Shown: positions 24,825 through 38,478 of the stretch, piece after piece
Numbering within the stretch: position 1 is the stretch's first letter
Layout of the letters: each line of letters begins with the position of its first letter
DNA from: Chrysomallon squamiferum
Taxonomy: Eukaryota; Animalia; Mollusca
Assembly (NCBI GenBank): GCA_012295275.1
Contig: CM022668.1
Coordinates: 2,046,001 to 2,110,000 of the forward strand
Direction: 5' to 3'
Length of the DNA: 64,000 bases
Notes under the pieces: generated by a model
What the model was told of the DNA's origin: nothing
The model's database searches: none
The model's input: only the letters and a program-made list of their open reading frames with translations
Made by a program: the position numbers and the translations under genes

Positions 24825-27014
24825 CTCCACAAGCAAGTCTCCAGACATTAGTTTTCCCATCATGCAGTTTTTCTGGACTTGAGGACCGACTTCCTGTACT
24901 GTGATGACTTTGGCTGTGCTGCAGGTTGGAGCTCTAACTGGGCGGAAGGCACTGCCCGGTCCGCCCAGTCTTGCATAGTTTCCTTGTGGAGAGGCAGCAA
25001 TGGAAGATTCCCTGGTGTCCTGGCAACCAGGCAGTTTGATAGCAATGTCAGCCAATGTCAAGGCCTCTGATGATTTTCTTTCCTCGCTAAGTGAAGAGTG
25101 TGTTTCTTTCTCACTGGCTGGTGACTGGTGAATGAGAAATCTGACTGGGTGGAAAGTGTAGAGCTGTGACAGCTGATGCAGAGTTGGACTCTTTAACACT
25201 GAACTTGTTTTTACATCCTCCCAACTGGACTGCAGTTTGAATCCTCCAGGAAGTGTGCTGTATCTGTTCACCTGTGATCCAGTCTTAGGATCCACGTGGA
25301 TTTCAGAATGTTTGTTAACAAAATGTTCTCGCATCCGATTGCTAACACTGCGCACCTGATCAGTGAACTGAAGCAATTTCTCAGCATTATTTTCACAGTT
25401 GAATGAATTATTTGATGAAAGTTCTTCATAGCCATTTTTCACATTAGTCACATTTTTACCAGCAAGTGCATCGTACGATTTCACCCCCTGCGTCTGCAGT
25501 GTATTCTGTGGCTGTGACGTAGATGAAGAATGTGTTTGGTAGACATCTGTCTGCAGTGTATTCTGTGGCTGTGACGTAGATGAAGAACGTGTTTGGTAGA
25601 CATTTGTTTGCAGTGCATTCTGGGAATGTGTTTGGTAGCCACTCTGAACACCGGGTCTGCCAGTGACTGGTTTAGTCCTATTTCCATGGTTACCATGATT
25701 GTTCATTTGATAAATATTGTCAAGACTTTGGTACTGCTGTCTCCGATAGCCCATTGGCTGGCGAACATCGGTTCCCTGATTGTTTAGAACATTGTCAGAC
25801 ACAAACTCACTGCTGCTGTTAGGAATCTTCTCACTGACAGGGGATGAAGGTTCTTTTGGATACTCACCAATCAGCTTTCGTTTCTGATCATGTTGTGATC
25901 TGACAGCCTGGTAGCTGGGTATTTCTGAGTTACTTTCACAGATAGGTTTGAACTGATTATGAAGAGATTTGTAATCCTGCCCCCTCACCTCAGTGTTACT
26001 TGAATTCTGAAAACTGCCATTCACTTTGTAGTCCTCTTGGTGCATCTTCTTCCTGTCACTGTGAGAAGACAGACAAGACTTTCTCTTTGACTGTTCACTG
26101 TTATGATAAAACAATCCATCTGTATCACTATGCCTGTGTTGAGAATTTGGTTTGTGCAGCTGATTACCTGCCCTTGGTATTGCCTGAGTTGTCTGCAGTG
26201 AATACAAATCTGCCTCACAGTCATTGGTAGCATACCCAGAATCCATCGTGCTGCTGTGCGAGTGTGATGTCAGAGTTGTCTGCCCTGAATCACTTCTCCT
26301 TTCTGAACCATGTACAGCTGCGTATCTGCTCAAAGTGGCACTGGACACAGACTGATACTGCGAAACATGATTAGACTCTGAATTCAGATAAACATTTTGA
26401 TTACACTCTGTTTTGCAATAATTATTATTTCTCCCTGAGCTTAGCTTCACGAACGTGTTCTGAGAGGAATACTTGTCACTCTCTGCCTTGCAGTTCTGAC
26501 TTCCCTGGAAAAGCTGAGCCACTTCGAAACTGGAACATGACTCAGGAACACCTGAGGACTTTCCTGAGTCTAGCGGAGACTGGGAACAGGTGCTCTGTCC
26601 AGCACTGCTGTGTAGAGCCATTCTCGCCTTCATCAACTCAGTGAAGCGTTTAATTCTCTCCGTCTGTTCACTGACTGGAACGTGGGGCAGGCTCCGCTTC
26701 GACCTACCATTGGACAGTGAGCTGCTCACTGAGACTCGACCCTGGTCTGAGCTACTCACACTCTCACCACGCTGACATCTCCTGTCTGTGCTTTGTGAGC
26801 ACCTCTCACTCACCCTCGTGTTGTATCTTTGGTCTTGCTTGTTCAAGACGTCTGGAAGAACTTGGTGATTTCTTGTTTTGTCTGGAAACAGTGTGAGCAT
26901 GCTCTCTGCTTTCTTGTGTCCGGTGAGCGACAGGGTGAGCCCAGTGGTGAGGTCTCCCAGACTGTGACACCGTGACACCTGCTCACCACTCTCTGCTTCT
27001 GAGTCACCATTCAC
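24825..27014 (-). CDS. PDZ-domain scaffold-like protein, 2190 nt exon (Ser/Gln-rich disordered region and start of PDZ)
   Basis: 730 uninterrupted codons with higher GC than the flanks; cag| at 27015 and GAG|gtttgc at 24825, phase 0-0. Confidence 0.92.
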
Positions 27015-27429
27015 CTGTAAACACAAGTCACCCCATTATCAAACAACTCTTTTTAATTATCTGTTCCATCATATAACTTTTACCCTTATTTTTAATTTGC
27101 TGAAAGAAATTATTAATAAACACCTTCCCACAGAAAGAAGGAAGGAACCTCACAGTTTATGACAGACTGGTCTTATTTCAACTGGAAACAAAGAAAACAC
27201 TGGATTATTTATCAGCCAGTCATAGTAAAATATATTATTTATACAACTGTAATATCAGAATTTCTAGGACAGAATTATAAAACAACAACAATAATAATGA
27301 TGATGATGATGCTATTGGTCATAATAATGATAATGATGATAATATTGATGGTATGATAATGATAATGATGAAGACGATGTTAATGATGATGATGATATTA
27401 ATAACGGTGATGATGGGCTGATACTTTAC

Positions 27430-27759
27430 CGGTGAGTACAGCTGATCATTCCCAATCTGACCGTAGTCATCATCCGACTCTTGCATTGTGGGAAGATCAA
27501 CGCAGCTGTGATACATGTATGCTTCGGTCTTGCTCATAGTGTTGTTATTTATTTCTCTCTCTGACCTTGACCTCTGACCTCCACTGGGCTGACTTTCAGC
27601 GTGTCGACGGTTTCCGTTAGCTACTGGGAACAAGCGAGAATTGACATCATCCCTCCACGACTGGATAGACTGACCTTTCCTCGGAACTGTGTCATAAAGC
27701 TTTGGAACCAAATCTCCATGACTACAGTCTGAGCTGGTTTGATCTGGTTTCTTCTTCCA
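27430..27759 (-). CDS. PDZ-domain scaffold-like protein, internal exon
   Basis: 330 nt open, tag| acceptor and CCG|gtaaag donor, phase 0-0: WKKKPDQTSSDCSHGDLVPKLYDTVPRK...QLYSP. Confidence 0.85.
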
Positions 27760-28015
27760 CTAATTAAAACAAAACTCATTATTTGTAATTTAACCAAAAA
27801 AATAATACAATCATTGTCATTATTTTAAATTAAACAAAAAAACATCATTACTGCAAATTTAACAAAACAGAAAATATTTTTATTTTAAATTTAACAAAAC
27901 AGAAAACATTATTTTAAATTTAACAAAATAGAAAACAAGATTAACGTCTTTTTTTTATAAAGTAATTAAAAACATTTTATAGAAATTGTGAAATAAAAAA
28001 GAGAAGAAGGAATAC

Positions 28016-28120
28016 CCTGTATTTGTGTTTTCTGGTGTCTGTGTGCAAAGATCCGTCCAGCTGTCTGTACAGTTGTGAGTCTGAAACACTCAGATTGGCC
28101 CAGCTGTGAGACTTCAACAT
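28016..28120 (-). CDS. PDZ-domain scaffold-like protein, internal exon
   Basis: 105 nt, tttttcag| acceptor and AGG|gtattc donor, phase 0-0: MLKSHSWANLSVSDSQLYRQLDGSLHTDTRKHKYR. Confidence 0.8.
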
Positions 28121-28349
28121 CTGAAAAAGAGAAAACTTCACACATAAACTTCATAAAATCTTTACACTTTTACATCAGTTTTACATTCTAATACTTAAAG
28201 AGTCAACATGAACGTGTTAAGTATTATAACTGTTTAATATCTCTACAACAATGAAACTGTAACATTAGAAGAAAAAAAAATGTATGCGTTCACAGTTAAC
28301 ACAAATACTGAAGATTATTTTTCAGTGGAATAAAGACACAACTACTGAT

Positions 28350-28502
28350 ACCAACACAAATATAAAACACAGATATAAACACACAAATATAAAACACAAA
28401 TATAAAACACAGATATAAAACACAAATATAAAACACAGATATAAACACAAATATAAAACACAAATATAAAACAGATATAAAACACAGATATAAACACACA
28501 AA
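28350..28502. repeat. ~14 bp minisatellite (aaatataaaacaca)
   Basis: About 10 tandem copies. Confidence 0.85.
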
Positions 28503-28987
28503 AGTCTGACACTGAAAAACACAAACTGAATGTTAACTGACACACAGAATAACAGACATAACATGTATCAGTCAGTAGTTTAACACAGATTTAGACTCAC
28601 ACAGAAGACAAACTGAGAAATTCAATGTTAACTACAGAGTATTTTAGAGAGTTAGTTGAGGTCAGTTTATAATCAGTGTTACTGACTTCCCCAGTGATGA
28701 CAAGTTGATGAAACACATACATCATCATCCTGTACATAATTTATTAACAATCCAAATCTAATTTATAATTTTTTTCTGTCACATATTTTTATTTCTATTC
28801 CTGTTGTTTTTTTTTTTGGTTGCTGTTTTTATTTGGGGGGAGGGTAATCTTTATATTTGTTTTAAAATTTATACTTTTAAATTTAAATATATATATATAT
28901 TCTCTTTTTCTTTTTTAAAAATATTTTTATATTAATTGAGACCAAACACTAAGACCTGACAAAACTAAATAAAGTTATTTCACTTAC

Positions 28988-29097
28988 CTGTCTGGATGAA
29001 GATTTTGGTTTTTTAATCAGCATCAAACACTTTTCTTCAGCCCTGCAGCTGTCAAGTGCTGGCAAAACTCTGTCAGAGTCATCGAGAAAAACCTGAA
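28988..29097 (-). CDS. PDZ-domain scaffold-like protein, exon with alternative acceptors (29097 phase 1, 29092 phase 0)
   Basis: Strong CAG|gtaagt donor at 28988; open frame (Q)VFLDDSDRVLPALDSCRAEEKCLMLIKKPKSSSRQ. Confidence 0.75.
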
Positions 29098-29137
29098 CTG
29101 TCAACAGAGAAAAAACCTGAACTGTCAACAGAGAAAT

Positions 29138-29565
29138 ACATCTTTTTTACAAACCTTTGTAACATCTTTTTTACAAATCTTTATAAAATATCTTTTTCAC
29201 AAACCTTTATAAAAACATCTTTTTTACAAACATTTATAAAAACATTTTTCCTACACACCTTTAAAAAAAAATCTTTTCTACAAATGTTTATAAACACATC
29301 TTTTTTTTACATACCTTTTTAACATCTTTGTATTTTTACAAATGTTTATTAAATATGTTTATATTTTTACAAATCTTTATAAAAACATTTTTATATTTTT
29401 ACAAAATTTTATAACAACATCTTTATAGTTTTACAAATCTTTATAAAAACATCTTTGTATTTTTACAAATCTTTATAAAAACATCTGTACTTTTAAAAAC
29501 CTTTATAAAAAACATCTTTGTATTTTAACAAATCTTTAACAGAAAATCATTGTTATTTTTACAAA
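29138..29565. repeat. Degenerate ~28-31 bp minisatellite (aaaacatctttgtatttttacaaatctttat)
   Basis: Tandem diverged copies immediately upstream of the 29097 acceptor. Confidence 0.8.
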
Positions 29566-30703
29566 TGTTAATACTTAACATGAAAACATTTGCTTAAATC
29601 AGTGTTTTATATTTTAATATTTAAACTGTCAGCATGAAAATGTGTTTACTTATATCAGAGTTTAACCTTTTAATACTTAAACTATCAGCAACTAAAACAT
29701 GTCTACTTATATCAGTTTACATTTTAATACTTGGAACTTGTTAAGTATTATTTACACCTAGTATAGCTGTTTGATATCTCTACAACAATGAAACTGTAAC
29801 ATTAAAAAAATTCAGAGCAACATCAGTTAGCAAAAAGGGATTTTTGTATATAAACCTTCCCCTAGACAGCACCGTACATACATAAACCTCATAAACAGTC
29901 AAGAGACTATGGCTAGAACAGTAGAAATATATCTCTGCGTTCACTTTGGTCAAGTTAGGATGACAGATCCATTGACCTATGACCTATGCCTTATGACCTG
30001 TGCACTAATATTGATCATCAGCTCACATTTTGGAAAGATTAAAGATTATTTATGATTTATTATAATTAAAAGCTGTTACTGTTTGAGAATGTAAAAAGGG
30101 AACAAAGACCTGATGTGCCAGACCAGTGCAAAGATTAACAGCCGTGTTCAGAATGAAAAATATTTTTAAATCCACAAGAAAACATCAACAGAGATGAACA
30201 ACTTTGTCCCAGGTCTGTGTGCTTCCATGTTGTGTTTAAAGACAAACAGTCCTTGTGTGTTAGCCTGTATTTCATATTTTACTCTACAAACATACTGTAT
30301 GAAAAGAATACATTTTCAAACTAAGATAAACAGTGGAAACTATTTCCTTTTGCCACACACCATCATCCAAATATTATTTCATTGACAAAGAAAATATGAT
30401 GGTATAGATTTTAAATTCCATTACAAAAGATAAAAAAATGACTGTACACATTAAACTCTGCTATCATATAAAAATTGGTTGTAGATTTTAAATTCTGCTG
30501 TAATATAAAAATATGCATGTGTAACCAGTTTTTAAGCTCTGCCAGTTAATTATGTTTTTTATATCTGAAATCAATGAGTCAATGTTGTTTGTGTTTATTT
30601 CAAGTGAATATAATTTCTCCATGTCAGTATGTTTACCAGCATTTTGACATGTAAGTCAATATGTATTAGTGTGTATATGTATGTATATATATGTATGTGT
30701 GTG

Positions 30704-30755
<52 letters not shown>

Positions 30756-31170
30756 CATACATACATATACACATACATACATACAAACACAATATTGAGG
30801 AGTGTTTGTTTAAATATCTGTGTGTGTGTAATGTGAATATATAAGTGTATGCTCTGTATTGTGTGAATGTATATGTATGTATGTTGTGTGTATATTTGTG
30901 TGTGTTCTTGGTATGCATGAATATATATCACTGTGTGCATGCTGTATTCATACACACATAGGTGTTTGTGTATGTTTGTCAACATTTGCTTGTGTTTTCA
31001 TATGCATGTGTGTGTTTGTGAACTGAGTCTTGCAAACCAGAAAAAGAAAACATGAGACAAAAGCTCTGCTCACTCAGCCTCTGTCACTGTTTTGTGTGTG
31101 GCTGTGAATTCTGGGGACAACACAGCTTTGTTTAACTGCTGGGTTTTATTTATTACTTGTGTTGTCTTAC

Positions 31171-31237
31171 AGGTCTGCTTCTTTCCATCAGGAAGCTTAA
31201 ACAAAACTGTGTGTTTTGTCCCCTCACTTCCCTTCAT
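31171..31237 (-). CDS. Candidate first coding exon, ubiquitin-like-fold N-terminus (MKGSEGTKHTVLFKLPDGKKQT)
   Basis: ATG at 31237 and T|gtaaga phase-1 donor join 29097 in frame to give HTVLFKLPDGKKQTFQVFLDDSDRVL; full model 3108 nt, 1035 aa. Confidence 0.6.
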
Positions 31238-32019
31238 TAAGTGTGTCACCCAAACAGTGGTACAACAAACACAAATAAATAACACAAAACTGCACGAAAA
31301 CCTGGTTTTAAAATCAAATCTAAATTATAACCATTCATTTAATACTGATCAGTTAAAACGTCCATTTTATTAAACTGTTGATTTGTTACTGTTTTATAGG
31401 CTGACAATGTCACTTTTACTGAATTATTCATTTATTATTCATTACTTTGTATACTAGGTGAAAACAGTTTCATACTCTTGAAAAATTATTCATATTTTTG
31501 CTATTCATTAAAACAAGAACTATATATTATTTTACTGAAAATATTCAAACACTGGTCTCTGTGTAAAAAATGGATTCTCATACATGTGTGTTGAAATAAT
31601 GTAAATAAATAAATAAATAAATAGAAGCCATATTTTTGAATATTTTAAAATAAAATGAAAACTGAGATAAAACCAGAACTAGAGTAACTGTTGTTTTACA
31701 ACAAACTTTGAATTAGAAAAACATTTCAAATATTTTCAGTCACACACAGATGTTTAAATAGTTTTCATTTGTCTATAAGTAATTTACCTAGATACAGTGA
31801 ATATCTTACAGTTTTAAAAAGATATAAACAAACAAACAAACAAATAAATAAATAAATAAATAAAATAAATAAATAAATAATAGATAAATAAAAATAAATA
31901 GATAAACAAAATAAATAAACAGATAGATAAACAAAATAAATAAGTTTTAGACAAATAAATAAACAGATAGATAAATAAATAGACAAATATGTGTGAAAAA
32001 TAAAAAAAAGAATATACAG

Positions 32020-33700
32020 TTTTAACATACAGTTTTCTTAACATGACAAAATATCTGTGAATATCTTACAGTATTGTGAATATCTTAGTTTTAACATGAC
32101 AATCTGTGTAGACAAATATCTGTGAATATCTTACAGTTTTAAATAGACAAATATCTGTGAATATCTTTAGTTTTAACAGACAAATATCTTGAATATCTTT
32201 TTCTTATCTGTGATACTGGTTTTGCTGAATATCTTACAGTTTTCATAACAAATATCTGTGAATATGTTACAGTTTTAACACAGACAAATATTTGAATATC
32301 TTAGTTTTAACACAGACATCTGTGAATATCTTACAGTTTTTGAATATCTTACAGTTTTAACACAGACAAATATCTGTGAATATCTTAGTTTTAACATAGA
32401 CAAATATCTGTGAATATCTTAGTTTTAACATAGACAAATATCTGTGAATATCTTAGTTTTAACAGACAAATATCTGTGAATATCTTACAGTTTTAACATA
32501 GACAAATATCTGTGAATATCTTAGTTTTAACATAGACAAATATCTGTGAATATCTTAGTTTTAACATAGACAAATATCTGTGAATATCTTACAGTTTTAA
32601 CATAGACAAATATCTGTGAATATCTTAGTTTTAACATAGACAAATATCTGTGAATATCTTACAGTTTTAACATAGACAAATATCTGTGAATATCTTACAG
32701 TTTTAACATAGACAAATATCTGTGAATATCTTACAGTTTTAACATAGACAAATATCTGTGAATTTTACAGTTTTAACAGACAAATATCTGTGAATATCTT
32801 AGTTTTAACATAGACAAATATCTGTGAATATCTTAGTTTTAACATAGACAAATGTGAATATCTGTGTGAATATCTTCAGTTTTTTTAACATAGACAAATA
32901 TCTGTGAATATCTTAGTTTTAACACAGACAGACAAATATCTGTGAATATCTTAGTTTTTAACAGACAAATATTTTAACATAGACAAATATCTGTGAAAAT
33001 ATCTGTGAATATCTTAGTTTTAACACAGACAAATATCTGTGAATATCTTACAGTTTTTAACACAGACAAATATTTTATCTGTGAATATCTTAGTTTTAAC
33101 ATAGACAAAATCTGTGAATATCTTAGTGAATATCTTACAGTTTTACATAGACATAGACAAATATCTGTGAATATCTTAGTTTTAACATAGACAAATATCT
33201 GTGAATATCTTACAGTTTTTAGACAAAATCTGTGATTATCAGACAAATATCTGTGAATATCTTAGTTTTAACATAGACAAATATCTGTGATTAAAGTTTT
33301 AACACACACAGATGTGAATATCTTTAGTTTTAACATAGACAAATATGTGTGAATATCTTAGTTTTTAATATCTGTGAATACAGACAAATATCTGTGAATA
33401 TCTTACAGTTTTAACACAGACAAATATCTGTGAATATCTTACAGTTTTAACACAGACAAATATCTGTGAATATCTTACAGTTTTAACACAGACAAATATC
33501 TGTGAATATCTTACAGTTTTAACACAGACAAATATCTGTGAATATCTTACAGTTTTAACACAGACAAATATCTGTGAATATCTTACAGTGTGTGTGAAAG
33601 CTTTACACAGGTTTAAACAAATATTTCTGTGAAAGCTTTATAGTTTTTAATTAGGCAAATATTTCTGAGAAAACTTATACAGTTTTTAAATAGACAAATA
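32020..33700. repeat. ~34/36 bp minisatellite (gacaaatatctgtgaatatctt[ac]agttttaacata), ~45 copies
   Basis: Near-identical tandem units with two length variants and degraded edges. Confidence 0.95.
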
Positions 33701-33883
33701 TTCTTGAATGTCTTATTTAGTTATTTTCTAAATGACCAGTTTGTTGAAACTTGTTTGTCCTGTCACTGTGTGGAAAGATTTATTATACTCATCACTTGAA
33801 AAACTTTCTTCCTGACCTACATAACACAAACAGCTGTATACCTGTTAAACACAAGCAACAACACACACACACACAAACACAAA

Positions 33884-33916
<33 letters not shown>

Positions 33917-33963
33917 CACACAATACATACACACACATGTACACACATACACAACACATACAC

Positions 33964-33997
<34 letters not shown>

Positions 33998-34867
33998 ACA
34001 CACATCCACACAATACACACATACACACATACACATAACACATACACAACACACACACACACACATACACACACAGATATTGGTTTTAATCGTAATTTTA
34101 TTATTTTATTTATTTCTAAAATTTCTTAATCCTATCTTTACTCCAAACATAGGTTTTCTAAGTTTTGGGGGGCTTTTAGAGGGGGATGCTTTAATAAATA
34201 AATAAACAAATCATTTTTATTTACCATGCTAAATTATATATGTGTAGACCAAGTTAAGAAAACTTCTAATAGAAATTACAATATACAGACACAAACATTA
34301 TTTTTTGCCATTTTTTTTTTTTTTTTCTTACTTTTAACTTCAAACTACAAAATTTAAACTTCATATTAGTAAAATTACTTTTTTTAGATATAATTTTTTA
34401 TATATTATATAGATGATTAATTTATTTTTCAAGTCTCTGCTTTTATTACTGGACTGCTTCCAACATTCTGTGAACTTTCTAAACATATTACAAGACCGCC
34501 AATCAGTTCTTTATTATCACTCACTGGATGTTGAACTTTTGTTTAATGACATCACTTGAACACACTGATTGGTTTCCTGGAATCAGCTGTTTTATGTCAA
34601 ACATGTGATTAATGATAGCATCAGATTAACATTCTATAATTCAGTATAAATGTTTATTAATTCTGATGTAGTTTTGAGAGCAAACTGTTGTAGTTTTTTT
34701 ACATTAGCAGAAAAGAATAACTTGTGCTGACTTCTCTTTAGACAAAGACAAAATATGTCAAATCCTTTCACAGCACGAATAGAAAATATTCCCATAAATA
34801 GAACAATATGAATTTTTTAACTCCCTGCATTTTGTGTTTTTCAATTTGCTTATTAAAATTTATTATT

Positions 34868-34927
<60 letters not shown>

Positions 34928-35693
34928 TTTTCTACTTACTGTAAAATTAAGAAGTCAGCCTGGAAGTAAATTTGCACCAATCTATGTTTTCTATGAATGT
35001 GACTTTACAATTAAACATACTGACTGAAATGAAACTGTTTGTCTGACTGTCTGTATGCAAACTAGGATTATTTTGACTTAGCCATGATAATTGTACTTTG
35101 AGAAGTTTCACTCAAGGGAGATAAATCTCATCACCACTAATGAGTGGAGTAATCCCAGTAGGTGGGGGGGGATCTCACACCACACATAATTGATCTGTCA
35201 GCGCTCCACAAACCTGTTTCTCATCAGTGACAGTGCGGGCAGTCAGGCGTAAAGCAGATACGCTTCACTGAATCTGATTTTATTTCTTCTATTTTTAGTT
35301 TGTTTTTTTTCCCTGATTTATGAAATATTAATAGGTCAGTTATCTGTTGTGAAACGTGTGGTATTGTTGCAGTGTTGTTGAAAGTAATACACTTTCAGCC
35401 AGTCTCAAAGTTAATTTCAAACTGCAAGAGTGAAATTTATTTAACATATGAAGAACAAACATAACAGTTGCTTAGCAACACTCTGAACATGCATTGCTGA
35501 TGTGCAGCTGCTGTGAGTTGAATCTGATGACAAAATAATGATTCACTGCATAATGTTATGTGAACTATTAATTACATATTTTAACATACACTGTAGAATA
35601 TCATCTAAAAGTTGAATATCAACTTTATATTTACATTCATTTTTTTTTTAATATAGTTAATATATATATTTGTAATTGTAAAATGTGTTATTA

Positions 35694-35728
<35 letters not shown>

Positions 35729-36247
35729 TATATATATACATATATAAACAATGCAGATGTTTCATTATTATGAAAGATAAAAGACATGTAATTGAATAAC
35801 AACAGCAATGCTGACAAGAATGATATTGATGAAACTAGATTAATTAATAAATATATAAGACAAATGAAAACTGTAAAATAATTGTTGTATTAACAATTAA
35901 TGTATAATCAGTTCTTACATACACACACAGACATGCATGTACAACAATTATGTGGTTCAAGTATAAATATGTTACATCATCATCATAATAATAATAATAA
36001 TAATACAGGCTATATTTACAGATATATATATATATACAAATGTATTTGGGGGGGTGAGTATGTATGTGTGCGTGTGTATGTGTGTGTCTATTTGTGTAAG
36101 TGTATGTGTGTGAATATGTACATATATATGTATGTATATATCTAATAACTAATGTATATATGTAATACAGTGTATATCTAACAATTAATACATGTATATG
36201 TAATACAGTGTATATCTAACAACTGATATATGTGTATGAATACTAAC

Positions 36248-36358
36248 CTGTTTGTGTGCTGAGTTATGGAACAGTGAGCTCTTCAGATCATCACTAATCC
36301 GTGGATTAGCGACACAAGCAAACCAAACCATCGTGACCTCAGAGAGATTATGTGACAA
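36248..36358 (-). CDS. Candidate alternative 5' exon of the PDZ gene (111 nt; ...MVWFACVANPRISDDLKSSLFHNSAHKQ)
   Basis: ttttag| acceptor, CAG|gttagt donor, open only in the phase 0-0 frame. Confidence 0.45.
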
Positions 36359-37610
36359 CTAAAATCAACAAACTGCTAAGACAGAGCTAAAAGGACATTT
36401 TGTTTTCCTGATGATGTCTGAGATCCAATGACAGAATGTTTATGCTTTGTCAAGTCACATGTTTGAAATATCTTCTAAAATCAAGCAATACACTGAGAAC
36501 TGACAGCATTCAATGTGGAAAATAAAGTTTTCAGAATAACACTGAAAAATCTTTAATTTAACACTAAAATTCAGTTAAAGATGAAAAAGTAAGTAACTAA
36601 GTAAATAAATAAATAAATATATAAATAAATAAATAAATAAATATATAAATAAATAAATAAATAAATAAATATATATATAAATAAATAAATAAATAAATAA
36701 ATAAATATATAAATAAATAAATAAATAATAATAACAATAATAATAATAATAATAATAATAATTTTTTATTAAATTAAAATTTTATAAATAATAATTTTGA
36801 AAATTAAACCACAATGAAAACAAATTTTCCACTTCAAATAAAGAAATGTAATATTAGCAAAATTACACTTCAAAGTGCAAATTCTTACAGTCACCTGTGC
36901 AAAAGTTGCAAATACCGCAAATTCATAACACTTTGAAGACAATCTGCCATATTTGCCAAGTTGAGAAAATGCTCACAGTGCCAGTCTGTTGAATGTTTTA
37001 CGGTTGGCTGAACACGAGTCAAATTTGTACAACATTTAGATTCTCAAACAGCTAGATTTGAAGAGGAAACTGTTGACAAAAATTTTATTTAAATAAAAAC
37101 CAAAATAAATCCAACCTTCAATTTAAAATATCCAAATTTGGTTTCAATTTGAAAATATCCAAAATTTCACCAACTGAAAATATCCAAAATTCTTTCAACA
37201 AGCAAGATAACTTCTATTTCACCAAACATTTCAAGCAACCCCTTGATTCACCAAATTTCCTGATTCAGAAGAAGAAACAAGTAGAAGTAACCTTCATATT
37301 AAGTGTTGCGTTTGTGAAAGAAAACACATTATTTGTTTGCATGACAAATCTCTCATGCCGTCTCAGCCTGAACAAACAGTTACAAGCAACCTCATTGGAC
37401 AGCAGCCAGTGATGACAACCAATCAGTTTTACTGACACAAAATTGGTAAAGAGCCCACAAACAAGATGAAATCTTTGTCACTTTTTCTTCTTTAACTGTT
37501 TAATATTGATTATAATTGATGCTTTTGTTGTGTAACAAAAATATGTTAGTTCCTCATACACACATGTAAATAAATATATGTATGTATATAATTATATATG
37601 TATGATTATG

Positions 37611-37644
<34 letters not shown>

Positions 37645-38438
37645 TGTATGTATGTATGTATATGTATGTGTGTGTGTGGTTTGTTATTTTCATTTATTAA
37701 GCTGACAGATGAAATTATTACAAAATAATTTAAAACAACACACAATGAGAAATAAAAAGGTTAAAAACAAACATGAACAATCTAAAATACAGATCACAAA
37801 TACCAGCCAAATAACCCAACAAACTTTTTCACAATCTGCCTAAAACTTGTCTCCATCAACTTTTACTTTAAAATAATTAACACAAACAGTAATCACTTTG
37901 CTGGTATCAGCCGCAGCTTCATTCTACCTTCATGCTGTAATTAATTTTCACTGACTTGTAATTCTAGTTTTGTCTCTCAGTTTCTAAACTCTGATTCCTG
38001 ATTAAAGATTCAGAAAGAATAAATAAATATAGACTGGTTTGAATTAAAAAAAAAAAAATGGCCACAAATAATAGAATTTCCTTCTCTAAACAAAAATAAT
38101 CATAAACCACATTTAACTTTCTCTAGTGAACAAATGAAAATAAAATAAACTTAATTTTCTGTGTGGAGGAGAAGGACTGGGACATCAAACACCTGGTCTG
38201 CTATTGGGAAAGTTTGCTAGAGAAAGTTTACTAGAGAAAGTTTACTAGAGAAAGTTTACCTATAAAAAGTTTATGATGATGAACAGATCAGAAGATACAT
38301 AAAGGGACGTTAATGGCTGTCTCTTTGTTTAACAAACACTTCACTGTTGTCATAGAAACAGACACTAACAGGAATGAAAACTTTAACACAAGTCACCAAG
38401 CACAAAATAAAAGTAAGAAGAGATATTAATATTTAAAT

Positions 38439-38478
<40 letters not shown>

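Noticed and set aside
36895-37075. Possible coding exon ending CAG|gtgact
   Set aside because: The frame needed to join downstream exons contains a TGA and lacks an ATG; at most a 5' UTR exon
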